A DNA stretch of 64,000 nt from assembly GCA_003220265.1 (NCBI GenBank), contig QHRW01000115.1, forward strand, positions 1,391 to 65,390, in the 5' to 3' direction. A program made the position numbers and the translations under genes. Of the stretch, positions 45,112-54,311 are shown piece after piece. This DNA comes from Candidatus Rokuibacteriota bacterium (GTDB lineage Bacteria > Methylomirabilota > Methylomirabilia > Rokubacteriales > CSP1-6). How positions within the stretch are numbered: the first letter of the stretch is position 1; each line of letters begins with the position of its first letter. The notes under the pieces are model-generated. The model worked only from the letters and a program-made list of their open reading frames with translations. It was not told the origin of the DNA and did not search any database.

Positions 45112-46293
45112 TCAGCGGGTCGCGCGGGCGCGCAGCGCGTCGATCCGCGAGAGCGCGGCGTCGACCACGGCGGGCGACAGCCGGCCCTCTTCCAGTGCGC
45201 GGCGCAGCGCGTCCAGCGTCACGCGCGCGGCCGAGCGGCCGTCGGGCAAGCGGTCGTCGGCGATCAGCAGCACGTCCACGCCCGCCTCCAGCGCCAGTAC
45301 CGCGGCGTCGTCCAGGCCGTAGTGCTGCTCGATGGCGCCCATGCGCAGGTCGTCGCTGACGACCACGCCGCGCCAGCCCAGCTCGCCACGCAGGAGGCCG
45401 CCAATCGTCGCGCGCGACAGTGTGGCGGGATAGCGGCCGTCGAGGTGGCGATTGAAGACGTGCGCCGTCATCACGCTGTCGACCACGCCCTCGGCCATCA
45501 GCGCCTGGTACGGTGCCAGCTCGACGGCGGCATTGGCCGTGTCCGTCACATCCACGAATCCGAGATGCGAATCCGTGAAGCTGCCGCCGTGCCCGGGGAA
45601 ATGCTTGAGCGCGGTGAGGACGCCGGCGGCATGCATGCCGGCCAGGTAGGCGCGGGCGTGGGCGACGACGGCGGCCGCCTCGGCGCCGAAGCTGCGGTTG
45701 GCACCGACGATGACCGGGTTGGCCGCGTTGTAGCCGACGTCGACGACTGGCGCGAGATTCCACTGGATGCCCGCGCGACGCAGCCGGCCACCGATGCGGC
45801 GGGCTTCCAGCTCCGTCGCGACGAGGTCGCCGGCGTCGCCGAGCTCCCGGTGCGAGAGCGTGTCCGTGTAGCCGGCGCTCGTGCCCAGGCGCATCACGCG
45901 GCCGCCCTCGGCGTCGACGCCGATGAGCAGCGGCCGGCCGGCGCAGGCTTGCGCGCGCGCGGCCATCCAGCCGGTGAGGCCGGCCACCTGCTCGGGTGTG
46001 CGCACGTTCCGCCCGAAGAGCAGCACGCCGCCCGCGCGCGTCTCGCAGAGCAACCGCTCGAGCTCGGCGTCGCCTTCGCCGGCGGTGCCGTGGAATCCCA
46101 CGAGCAGCAGGTTGCCCAGGCGCGGGATCAGCGGCGCGACGGCGGCGGGCTCGGGCGGCGGCGCGAGCGTGCGGCAAGCGGCGGCGGCGAGGACGAGCGA
46201 GACGAGCAGCGCGCGGCAGGTCCGGCTAATTGCCCACCGCGGCGACGAGCCGGCGCACCCGGTCGGGATCGACCGGTGCGTTGACGTCGCCAT
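45112..46293 (-). CDS. nagZ: Beta-N-acetylhexosaminidase (GH3, NagZ-like), probably exported
   Basis: LLLVGFHG, IGVDAEGGRV, KHFPGHGGSFTDSH. The start is uncertain: there is no canonical start next to the hydrophobic segment RALLVSLVLAAAAC, and ATG 46293 overlaps the upstream gene by 68 nt. Confidence 0.75.
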   Translation of the reverse strand: MATSTHRSIPTGCAGSSPRWAISRTCRALLVSLVLAAAACRTLAPPPEPAAVAPLIPRLGNLLLVGFHGTAGEGDAELERLLCETRAGGVLLFGRNVRTPEQVAGLTGWMAARAQACAGRPLLIGVDAEGGRVMRLGTSAGYTDTLSHRELGDAGDLVATELEARRIGGRLRRAGIQWNLAPVVDVGYNAANPVIVGANRSFGAEAAAVVAHARAYLAGMHAAGVLTALKHFPGHGGSFTDSHLGFVDVTDTANAAVELAPYQALMAEGVVDSVMTAHVFNRHLDGRYPATLSRATIGGLLRGELGWRGVVVSDDLRMGAIEQHYGLDDAAVLALEAGVDVLLIADDRLPDGRSAARVTLDALRRALEEGRLSPAVVDAALSRIDALRARATR

Positions 46294-46993
46294 CCTTCTT
46301 GAGCGCGGTGCCGACGATGAGCCCATCGGCGACCGAGAGCAGCTCGGCGGCCGTCTCCGGTGTGGCACCGCTGCCGACGAGCAGCGGCACGTCGGGCACC
46401 GCGCCGCGCACGCGCTTGAGATCATCGATCGGGGTGGCGGCGCCGGTGGCCTGGCCGGAGACGACGAGGCCGTCGGCGAGGCCGCGGTGCCTCAAGTCGC
46501 GCGCGTGCTGCTCGAGATCGACGGGGGCCAACGGCACCGCGTGCTTGCCGCCCACGTCGGCGAAGATCTTGATGTCGACGCCGAGCAGCCGGCGATCGCG
46601 CAGCGTGTTGTAGGCGTCGGAGTGCACGAGGCCTTGATCGGCCAGCACGGTGCCGGCGTGGACATTGACGCGGATGAAGCGGGCGCCCACCGCGCACGCG
46701 ATGGCCAGCGCCGCGCGGGCGTCGTTCTTCAGGACATTGATGCCGAGCGTCGCCTGCGGCAGCGCGTGGCGGATCTCACGCGCGACCACGGCGAGGGCGG
46801 CCACCGTGGCCGGCTCCACGCGGCCGGGAGTGAACGGCGCGTCGCCGTAGTTCTCGACGAGGATCGCGTCCATGCCGTGCTCGACGAGGGCGCGCGCGTC
46901 GGCGACGGCGGCGGCGATGAGGCGCTCCATGGCGCCGTCCCAGCGCGGACTGCCGGGCAACGGCGCGACGTGGACCATGCCGATGAGGCGCAT
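46226..46993 (-). CDS. BtpA/SgcQ family TIM-barrel protein
   Basis: MRLIGMVHVAPLPGSPRW...ILVENYGDAPF...GINVLKNDARAALAIA. Confidence 0.8.
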   Translation of the reverse strand: MRLIGMVHVAPLPGSPRWDGAMERLIAAAVADARALVEHGMDAILVENYGDAPFTPGRVEPATVAALAVVAREIRHALPQATLGINVLKNDARAALAIACAVGARFIRVNVHAGTVLADQGLVHSDAYNTLRDRRLLGVDIKIFADVGGKHAVPLAPVDLEQHARDLRHRGLADGLVVSGQATGAATPIDDLKRVRGAVPDVPLLVGSGATPETAAELLSVADGLIVGTALKKDGDVNAPVDPDRVRRLVAAVGN

Positions 46994-47090
46994 GCGAGGC
47001 AGGATTGTAGCACGCGGCGATGGGTGGACAGCCTCACGACGGCACGGCTATAGTGCGCGCACGTTCGTTTCGCCACAGGGAGCCCAAGCG

Positions 47091-47876
47091 ATGGGATATG
47101 AAACGCTGATCGTCGAGCGCACCGGCGCGCTGGCCACCATCACCATGAACCGTCCGGAGGCGCGCAACGCGATCGATCTCGCGATGCGCCACGAGCTGCT
47201 GGCCGCGCTCGACGAGGTGGAGGCGGACGCGGCCGTGCGCGTGCTGATCCTCAGCGGCGCCGGCGAGCACTTCTGCGCGGGCGGCGACGTCAAGTCGATG
47301 CGCGCGCGGCGCTCCACCGCCGCCGAGGGCCGCGAGCGCGTGCAGATGCTCAACCGGATGGTGCTGCGCCTCGTCGACTTTCCGCGGCCGACCATCGCCA
47401 TGGTGGACGGCTTCGCCGTGGGCGCCGGCACCAACCTCGCGCTCTGCTGCGACCTCGTCGTCGCCTCCGACCGCGCGCGGTTCGGCGAGCTGTTCAACAA
47501 GATCGGCCTCGCGCCCGACGGCGGCGGCACCTGGCTCCTCTCGCGCCTCGTCGGCCTCGCCCGCGCCAAGGAGCTGATCTTCACGGGCGACGTGTTCGAC
47601 GCCGCCGAGGCGGCGCGGCTCGGCCTCGTCAACCGCGTCGTCCCGGCCGCCGAGCTGCGCGCGGTGACGCGCGCCCTGGCCGAGAAGATCGCGGCGGGCC
47701 CGCCCGGCGTCCTGCGCATGGCCAAGCACATGGTCAACCGCGCCGCCACCACCGACCTCGCCGCCGCCCTCGACCTCGAGGCCTACTCCCAGGGCCTCGC
47801 CATCGCCAGCGACGACCACCAGGAGGGCCTCGCCGCCTTCTTCGACAAGCGCCCCCCCAAGTTCACCGGCAGCTAA
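47091..47876 (+). CDS. Enoyl-CoA hydratase/isomerase family protein
   Basis: MGYETLIVERTGALATITMNRPEARNAI...FCAGGDV...VDGFAVGAG. Confidence 0.85.
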   Translation: MGYETLIVERTGALATITMNRPEARNAIDLAMRHELLAALDEVEADAAVRVLILSGAGEHFCAGGDVKSMRARRSTAAEGRERVQMLNRMVLRLVDFPRPTIAMVDGFAVGAGTNLALCCDLVVASDRARFGELFNKIGLAPDGGGTWLLSRLVGLARAKELIFTGDVFDAAEAARLGLVNRVVPAAELRAVTRALAEKIAAGPPGVLRMAKHMVNRAATTDLAAALDLEAYSQGLAIASDDHQEGLAAFFDKRPPKFTGS

Positions 47877-47879
47877 GAC

Positions 47880-47900
47880 GTAGCTCTGACGGAGAGCTAC
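47880..47900 (+). terminator. Stem-loop (8-bp stem, 5-nt loop) 4 nt after the enoyl-CoA hydratase stop
   Basis: GTAGCTCT-GACGG-AGAGCTAC. No T-tract follows. Confidence 0.4.
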
Positions 47901-47927
47901 GCACCAGGATCTCGGACAGGTTAACGA

Positions 47928-48010
47928 GGGCCGCCCCGGCTGCGCCGGGGCGGCCCGAGCGTCGGGGGGGTTGGGGCCATCTCGGGGGAACGTCCATAGG
48001 GACCCCCCAC
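47928..48010. repeat. Solo degenerate copy of the two-hairpin repeat (same orientation as array 2)
   Basis: A perfect 29-nt palindrome GGGCCGCCCCGGC-TGC-GCCGGGGCGGCCC lies at 47928-47956. It is followed by GAGCGTCGGGGGGGTTGGGGCCATCTCGGGGG...CCCCCCAC, which aligns with array 2 except for an insertion of about 13 nt in hairpin 1. Confidence 0.7.
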
Positions 48011-48084
48011 TGCCGCCCACGTTGAGCGACGCGCCACCCTCGCCCGTGCGTTGGCAGTTTATCCATCACGCGCTCGCTCCAACG

Positions 48085-49395
48085 CGTTGTTAGGCGCCGG
48101 GCAGGTACAAACCGGGTACATAGGTAACACATCAAACCGGGAACATGGGTGACACCACTAAGGTCGTCGGTCAACGGGAGGTTGGCCGATGGCCTGGCTG
48201 GAGACATCACCCGTGGAGCAGCGAGAGCGGTTCATCCGCGATCACCGAATCGGGTTGTACACGATGGCGGAACTCTGTGCCCGTTACGACGTCAGTCGGA
48301 AGACCGGCTACAAATGGCTCGCGCGCTTCGACGCCGCGGGTCGCGCCGGTCTCCAGGACCGCAGCCGCGCGCCGCACCACTGCCCGCACCGGATCACTCC
48401 GGATGTCGCCGCGGTGATCTGTGCCGCGCGCCGGCAGCATCCGAGCTGGGGACCCGCGAAGCTCTTGGCGTGGCTGGAGCGTCGGCAACCGGCGCTGGAG
48501 CTGCCCGCGATCAGCACCGCCGGCGATCTCTTGGCGCGCCGCGGGCTAGTGAAGACACGACGGCGCCGCCGCCACTACGAGCATCCTGGTGTCGTTCCGA
48601 TCAGGACGACGGCGCCCAACGATCTCTGGACCGCGGACTTCAAGGGCCATTTTCGAACACGTGATGGGCTCTATTGCTATCCGCTCACCGTCGCCGACCA
48701 GCACACGCGCTATCTCTTGGCGTGCCATGGCCTGCTCTCGACCAAAGGCGGCGGCGTGCGCCCGGTCTTCGATCGACTGTTCCGCGAGTATGGGCTCCCC
48801 CAGGCCATTCGGACCGACAACGGCGTGCCGTTCGCCACGACGGGCATTCACGGCCTCTCCCAGTTGAACGTGTGGTGGCTGCGTCTGGGCATTCAGCACC
48901 AGCGGATCCGCCCGGCCTCGCCGCAGGAGAACGCCGCCCACGAGCGCATGCACAAAACGCTCAAGGGCGAGGCGATTCGGCCGCCCCGGTCAACGTGCGT
49001 CACTCAGCAGCGCGCCTTTAACGGCTTTCGCCACCTGTACAACGACGAGCGACCCCACGAAGCGTTGCAGGGGCGCACGCCGGTGTCGCTCTACCGTCCC
49101 TCGCGGCGGGAGTACACCGGGGCGGTACCGCCCGTCGAGTACCCCGGACACTTCATCGTCAAGCGGGTGACCAATGCCGGCACGATCCGGCTGAACAAGC
49201 GCCTACTCTTCATTGCGAATGCGCTGAAGCAGCACCCGGTCGGGCTCGAGGAGGTCGACGACGGCATCTGGTCCATTCATTTCTGCCGCGTGCTATTGGG
49301 GCGCGTGGACGAACGGGACTACATCATCAGAACGTGAACGGTTACCCATGTTCCCGGTTTACGGTGTTACCTATCTTCCCGGTTGCTCAGCACAA
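48085..49395 (+). mobile_element. IS481-family insertion sequence (ends approximate)
   Basis: A single DDE transposase ORF is flanked by imperfect inverted ends: left ...AACCGGGTACATAGGTAACAC..AAACCGGGAACATGGGT, and the reverse complement on the right. Termini are near TGTTAGGC (48088) and GCTCAGCACA (49394). Confidence 0.75.
48189..49337 (+). CDS. IS481-family transposase (HTH + rve/DDE integrase core)
   Basis: 382 aa: MAWLETSPVEQRERFI..., LWTADFKG, IRTDNGVPF, PQENAAHERMHKTLK, YNDERPHEAL. Confidence 0.85.
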   Translation: MAWLETSPVEQRERFIRDHRIGLYTMAELCARYDVSRKTGYKWLARFDAAGRAGLQDRSRAPHHCPHRITPDVAAVICAARRQHPSWGPAKLLAWLERRQPALELPAISTAGDLLARRGLVKTRRRRRHYEHPGVVPIRTTAPNDLWTADFKGHFRTRDGLYCYPLTVADQHTRYLLACHGLLSTKGGGVRPVFDRLFREYGLPQAIRTDNGVPFATTGIHGLSQLNVWWLRLGIQHQRIRPASPQENAAHERMHKTLKGEAIRPPRSTCVTQQRAFNGFRHLYNDERPHEALQGRTPVSLYRPSRREYTGAVPPVEYPGHFIVKRVTNAGTIRLNKRLLFIANALKQHPVGLEEVDDGIWSIHFCRVLLGRVDERDYIIRT

Positions 49396-49930
49396 CGTTC
49401 AGTACAAGTACGTCTTCAGGACCATCCACTTCGTCCACATGTGCGCCCACGCGCACGAAACCCAATCCAGCCGCAAGCGCACGCGACGCCTCGTTGCCAG
49501 GGCTGATGGTCACGACAAAACTGCTGACTCCATGAGAGTCGCGAGCCCATTGCATCAGCGCCAACGACGCTTCCCGAGCGTAACCGTTGCGGCGATATGG
49601 CGGAAAGATTGTGAATCCAAATTCAACTCCGCCCGGGCTCCATCGCCGAAGGTAATCCGCTCCGGGCGAAGTGTGAAAACCGATATGGCCGACCATGTCG
49701 CGGGCGGCGCGAAGACCAATCGCGCGAAGCAACCACGGCTGTAGCGTCGAGCTCGACTCGAGCTGCTCAAGCCGAAGGGCGAGAACGGATCGAATGTCAG
49801 GCCATGTCGTGGGCAAGCTGAGACCGATATGTCCTTCGGCTTTGGCGATGTCGCCGCTGAGCGATGCGCGCAGAAAAGCTGGAGTCATCGGGATAAGGTC
49901 GAGTCGGTTGGTTTGAATGGTGGCTGCCAC
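49367..49930 (-). CDS. GNAT family N-acetyltransferase; the last ~8 codons and the stop are supplied by the IS end
   Basis: TNRLDLIPMTPAFL..., RRNGYAREASLALMQWA. The stop at 49367 lies inside the IS right end. GC is lower than in the surroundings. Confidence 0.7.
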   Translation of the reverse strand: MAATIQTNRLDLIPMTPAFLRASLSGDIAKAEGHIGLSLPTTWPDIRSVLALRLEQLESSSTLQPWLLRAIGLRAARDMVGHIGFHTSPGADYLRRWSPGGVEFGFTIFPPYRRNGYAREASLALMQWARDSHGVSSFVVTISPGNEASRALAAGLGFVRVGAHVDEVDGPEDVLVLNVVLSNREDR

Positions 49931-50022
49931 GGTGGCGCCTAACTAGTAGTCGCTCGAACGATCTATTTGGAGCGCGGTCTCAACGGCGCGGCTTCGAAGG
50001 CTCTCCCTCGGGGCCCCAATGT

Positions 50023-53010
50023 TCAATTGGGCGGAACGGCTGCCGGCGGCGGCGCGGACTCGTCAGGCCTCGGCGGCGGCGCGACCGGGGGCGGCGGCAC
50101 GAGCGGCGGACGCGGGCGGATCGGCGGTCCGATGCGCGGCGGACGCGCCGGCGCCGTCGGCCGCGCGGTATCCGGCGGTCCGGGCGGCGGCGCCGGAGCC
50201 ACGACTCCCGGACTCGGCGCGCTGTCGCTCGGCGACGTGACCCCGGGCGCCGGCGTAATCACGGGAGCCGGCGCGACGGCGGATGGTGGCGTGACGACCG
50301 CCGGCGGCGCAATGCTCGGCGCTGGTGCGAGGTCGGGAGCCGGTGTGATGACAGGTGCCGGCCCGATGACCGGCGCGGGTGCCGGCGTCTCGGGCGGAAC
50401 GGGCGGCACCACGGGGGTCGGCGGCAGGCCGCTCGAGGGACCGGGCGCCGTCGTCGGCGGCACCGACGGAATCGGCGGCACGCCGCTCGGCGCGGGCGTC
50501 AGGGGCGGCGGCGCGACCGGCGCGGGTGTGACCGGCACCGGCTCGATCGGCGGCGGCGCGACGGACGGCGTGACCGGCGCCACACCGACCGGCACCGCGG
50601 GCGTCATCTCCGGCGCGGGAAGCGGCAGTGGCACGTCCAGTGGCGGCACGCCCGAGCGCGGGCTGCGCGGCGCCGAGCGGATCGCCTCGTTCAGCTCGGG
50701 CGTCGTCTTGCGCATCTCGTCGGTGATGCGCGCGGCGTCGAGCGCGGTGCCGATCACGCGCGGCGTGATCACCAGCAGCAGCTCGGTCTTCTGCACCGAG
50801 ACGTCCTTGGACTTGAAGAACCAGCCGAGGATCGGAATATTCTTGAGGCCTGGAATCCCGGTCTCGCCACGGGTGATCTTGTCCTGGATGAGGCCGCCGA
50901 GCACCAGCGTCTGGTTGTTCAGGAGCACGACGGACGTCTCCGCCTCGCGCTTCGTGAACGACGGCGAGCCTGTCGGCGGCACCCCCGGCCCCACCGAGTT
51001 GACTTCCTGCTTGACGTCGAGCGCGACCGTGCCGCGCTCGCCGATGCGCGGCGTCACCGTGAGCACGACGCCGGCGTCCTTGTACTCGACGGTCTGGTTC
51101 AGGGTGCCCAGCACGTTGGCTTGATTGGTGGGGGTCACGGTGCCGTTGGTGGGCGTCGTCGAGGCGACGGTGGTGCCCGCCTGCTGGCCGGTCACGACGG
51201 GCACCGACGTGGAGACATTGATGACGGCTTTCTTGTTCTCGGACGTCATCACGTGGGGGTTCGAGATGATGTTGATGCGGCTCTCCGACGCCAGCACGTT
51301 GATCATGGCGAGGAACCGGTCCGTCTCGAACGCGATCGCCGTGAGCCCCGCGCCCACGGGGCCGAACAGCGTCGGCAGGCGGGAGATGTTGGGCCCCGAG
51401 AAGCTTCCTCCAGTGGCCGACGGCGCCCCCGGCAGCGCGGTGGTGCCGGCGGCGGTGTTGGCGGTGGCGTTGGCGATGCCGAACTTGCCGGCGCGCACGG
51501 CCCAGTCCAGCCCGAGCCGCGTGTCGTCGTTGAGCGTGATCTCGGCGACGAGCACCTCGATCAGCACCTGGCGCGGCATCCGGTCGAGCTGGCGGATGGT
51601 GACCTCGATGTCCGCCCACTGCCGCGGCGTCGTGGTCACGATGATGGCGTTCGTCGTCTCGTCGGCGATGAAGCGGATCTGGCCCTCGACCAGCGGCGCG
51701 TCGGCGGTGCCCGTCAGCGACGGCCCCGGCGCCACCGAGGGCGGGGGCGGCGTGGCCGGGGGCGTGAGGCCGGTCGGGCGCGCGGCCTGGCTGCCCCCGG
51801 TCTGCGTCGGCGTCGGGCTCGTCTGCACGGTCTCGCGGCCGGTGTAGATGGCGTTGAGCGTGGCGGCCAGGTCCTTGGATTTGGCGTTCTCCGCGTAGTA
51901 GATGAAGACACGCCGGCCGCCCGACACGTTGATGTCGAGCTTCTCGATCACTCGGCGAATCGTCTCCAGCTCGCCCCGGCGCGCGTTGACGATGAGCGAG
52001 TTCGAGCGGCGCTCGGCCACGATCAGCGGCGGACGATCGGCCCCGCCGGTGGCGCCGGCCGCCGCAGGCGCCCCGGGCGGGGCCGGGGCCGGCGGCGGTG
52101 CTCCGCCCACGCTGGTCGTGCGCAGCCGCCCGGCCTGAAAGAGCTGGTTCAGCAGATTGGCCATCTCGGCCGCGTCCGCGTACGAGAGCGGGATGATCTG
52201 CAGCTCGTCGAGGGAGACCTCGACGTCCACGAGCTTGATGATGTCGAGCAGCCGCGCGATGTTCGACGCCGAGTCCGTGATGATCAGCACGCCGGTCTCG
52301 CGGTTGGCGATCAGCGTGCCCCTGGCCGAGATGAGCGGCCGCAGCAGCGTGCCCAGCTCGGCCACGGCGGCGAAGCGGACGGGCACGATCTGGGTGACGA
52401 TCTCGTCACCCGTGCGCGTGGGATCGGGGGTGGCGCCGACGATGGTCGGCACCGCGCGCTCGCGGGCGCCCTCGACGGGGACGATCTTGTAGAGGTTCCC
52501 CGACCGCACCGCCGTCACCCCGTGCACCTCGAGGATGGCCAGCAGGACGCCGAAGACGTCTTCCTGCGGGATGCGACCCGACGTCTGCACGGTGACCTTC
52601 TTGCCCGACACGCCCGGTCCGATCACGTAGTTGAACCCGACGATCTCGCTGGCCGCGTGCACGACCGTCTCGATGTCGGCGTTGTCGAAGTTCAGCACGA
52701 TGAAACGCCCGCGCTGGCCCGGCGGCACCGGCGGCGCCGTCGGGGGCGCGGCGGGCACGAACGGCGGCGCCTGGGCGGCGATGCGCGGGGCCTCCGGCTT
52801 CGGAACGTCGGTGCGAGGGCCAACCGAGAGCGGCGGCGTGCTGGGACCTTGCGGCGGCGCGCCGGTGGCGGGCGGCGGCGCCACGAGCGGCGGCGGGACG
52901 GGGGGCATGGCGGCGGTGCGCGGCGGTTTCGATACGGGGGCGCACCCGCTCACGAGGGCGACCGCAACGACGACGGCGATGCTGCTCCTTACCCTACTGC
53001 TGCGGGGCAT
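50023..53010 (-). CDS. gspD: Type II secretion system secretin GspD with a roughly 230-aa Pro-rich C-terminal tail
   Basis: 995 aa with lipobox VSGC. N0/N1-type repeats (VLNFDNADIETVV..., IIPLSYADAAEMANLL), secretin core (VLIEVLVAEITL..., GIPGLKNIPILGWFF). Confidence 0.85.
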   Translation of the reverse strand: MPRSSRVRSSIAVVVAVALVSGCAPVSKPPRTAAMPPVPPPLVAPPPATGAPPQGPSTPPLSVGPRTDVPKPEAPRIAAQAPPFVPAAPPTAPPVPPGQRGRFIVLNFDNADIETVVHAASEIVGFNYVIGPGVSGKKVTVQTSGRIPQEDVFGVLLAILEVHGVTAVRSGNLYKIVPVEGARERAVPTIVGATPDPTRTGDEIVTQIVPVRFAAVAELGTLLRPLISARGTLIANRETGVLIITDSASNIARLLDIIKLVDVEVSLDELQIIPLSYADAAEMANLLNQLFQAGRLRTTSVGGAPPPAPAPPGAPAAAGATGGADRPPLIVAERRSNSLIVNARRGELETIRRVIEKLDINVSGGRRVFIYYAENAKSKDLAATLNAIYTGRETVQTSPTPTQTGGSQAARPTGLTPPATPPPPSVAPGPSLTGTADAPLVEGQIRFIADETTNAIIVTTTPRQWADIEVTIRQLDRMPRQVLIEVLVAEITLNDDTRLGLDWAVRAGKFGIANATANTAAGTTALPGAPSATGGSFSGPNISRLPTLFGPVGAGLTAIAFETDRFLAMINVLASESRINIISNPHVMTSENKKAVINVSTSVPVVTGQQAGTTVASTTPTNGTVTPTNQANVLGTLNQTVEYKDAGVVLTVTPRIGERGTVALDVKQEVNSVGPGVPPTGSPSFTKREAETSVVLLNNQTLVLGGLIQDKITRGETGIPGLKNIPILGWFFKSKDVSVQKTELLLVITPRVIGTALDAARITDEMRKTTPELNEAIRSAPRSPRSGVPPLDVPLPLPAPEMTPAVPVGVAPVTPSVAPPPIEPVPVTPAPVAPPPLTPAPSGVPPIPSVPPTTAPGPSSGLPPTPVVPPVPPETPAPAPVIGPAPVITPAPDLAPAPSIAPPAVVTPPSAVAPAPVITPAPGVTSPSDSAPSPGVVAPAPPPGPPDTARPTAPARPPRIGPPIRPRPPLVPPPPVAPPPRPDESAPPPAAVPPN

Positions 53011-53740
53011 CAGCAGGGGGCGCTTGCGGGAGGCGACGCAGAAGATTCGGTGGCAGCGGACGGCGCCCCGGAATGATCGGCGGTCCGACTTGCCCCGGCT
53101 GGGGAACGACGCCGGGTTGTCCGGCTACCGCGGGGGGTTGCGCGGGCGTGGGCAGCGCCGGCGCCGGGGTTGGCAGGGACGCGGCCGGTGGAATCACGCC
53201 GGGCAACGGCTGGTTGATGGCCGGCTGCGCGCCGGGTATCGCCGCCGCCGTCGGCTGGCTCACCGGGCGGGGCTTGTTGGGATCGCGCAGGCGCACGTCC
53301 ATCTTGCCGTCCGGCCGGTTGATCGACACGCCGTCGGCGGTGATAGCCTGCACGGTGCCGCCGGCCACGGCGTCGCCGATGCGATAGCCGGACACGCGCT
53401 TGGTCGCCGGGTCTTCCAGGTACGCGATCGGCGCGCCCTCGCGCAACACGACGCCGAAGAGATTCGGCTTCGGCAGGTTGGAGCCCACCGAGGCGCTGGC
53501 CGTCACCGGCGCCTCGGTACGGGTGGGGCTGAACAGGTTCTTGGCGGCGACGCTGCCATACGTGCCGGCGAGCGGGCGCGCGCTGTCCGGCTGCTGGCCG
53601 GCCGTCGTCCCGGCGGGCGCAGCGCGGCCGCGGGGCACCGGCATGGGCATCGGCGCCATCAGCTGGCGGACGATGAACACGACGCTGCCGGCGGCGATCG
53701 CCAGCAAGATCAGGTTGATGATCAGTAGCTTCTTCGGCAT
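52994..53740 (-). CDS. GspC/PilP-like T2SS inner-membrane component (TM + beta domain, no PDZ, Pro-rich tail)
   Basis: MPKKLLIINLILLAIAAGSVVFIV, NLFSPTR, YRIGDAVAGGTVQAITADGVSI. It sits between gspM and gspD. Confidence 0.5.
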   Translation of the reverse strand: MPKKLLIINLILLAIAAGSVVFIVRQLMAPMPMPVPRGRAAPAGTTAGQQPDSARPLAGTYGSVAAKNLFSPTRTEAPVTASASVGSNLPKPNLFGVVLREGAPIAYLEDPATKRVSGYRIGDAVAGGTVQAITADGVSINRPDGKMDVRLRDPNKPRPVSQPTAAAIPGAQPAINQPLPGVIPPAASLPTPAPALPTPAQPPAVAGQPGVVPQPGQVGPPIIPGRRPLPPNLLRRLPQAPPADAPQQ

Positions 53741-54309
53741 CAGGTCTTCGACTTCCCGGGCAGGATGTACCCGGAGATGGTCAGCGTCGCCAGCAACTCC
53801 TTGGGCTGGCTAACGTTGACTACTCTGACGCGTAAGTCCTGAACAGTCAAGAGTTTTTGCGCTCCGTCGAGCCTGGCGAGCAGGTCCACGAACTGGCGGA
53901 TCTCGCCGGAGACGGCAATCTCGACGGGGATCTCGAGCACCTCGCTCCGCTCCACGGGCGGCAGGATGCGCTCGCTGCGGACCTCGGTGCTGGCCTGCGC
54001 GGCCATGTCCTTGACGAGCTTCTGGAGCTCGGAGGCCGCCACCGCGGGCGCCGCCTCGGTCAGGAAACGGCCGGCAGCGCGCTCGATCTCGGTGTTCGTC
54101 GCTTTGAGCTCGTTGACAATCGCGTCCCTGCGGGCCAGCAGGTCGAGCCGCCGGGCGAGCACCTGCGAGCGGCTGGGCACGAGGTCGGCGGTATCGCGCA
54201 TGCGCTCCACGATGGGCTCGACCACGAAGATCCAGCCGAGGACGAGCACGAGCCCCACGCCGCCGATCAGGACGATCGTCCGCTCGCGCCGGGAGAGCAT
54301 GCTGAACAC
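53740..54309 (-). CDS. gspM: Type II secretion system protein M (GspM/PilO-like)
   Basis: 189 aa with a single TM (TIVLIGGVGLVLVLGWIFVV), a coiled coil and an operon position consistent with gspM. Confidence 0.6.
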   Translation of the reverse strand: MFSMLSRRERTIVLIGGVGLVLVLGWIFVVEPIVERMRDTADLVPSRSQVLARRLDLLARRDAIVNELKATNTEIERAAGRFLTEAAPAVAASELQKLVKDMAAQASTEVRSERILPPVERSEVLEIPVEIAVSGEIRQFVDLLARLDGAQKLLTVQDLRVRVVNVSQPKELLATLTISGYILPGKSKT

Positions 54310-54311
54310 GG

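Noticed and set aside
48081-48084. A firm 4-bp target-site duplication (AACG) for the IS481-like element.
   Set aside because: A 4-nt match is weak and the terminal inverted repeats do not align cleanly to that boundary. I kept it only as a possibility.
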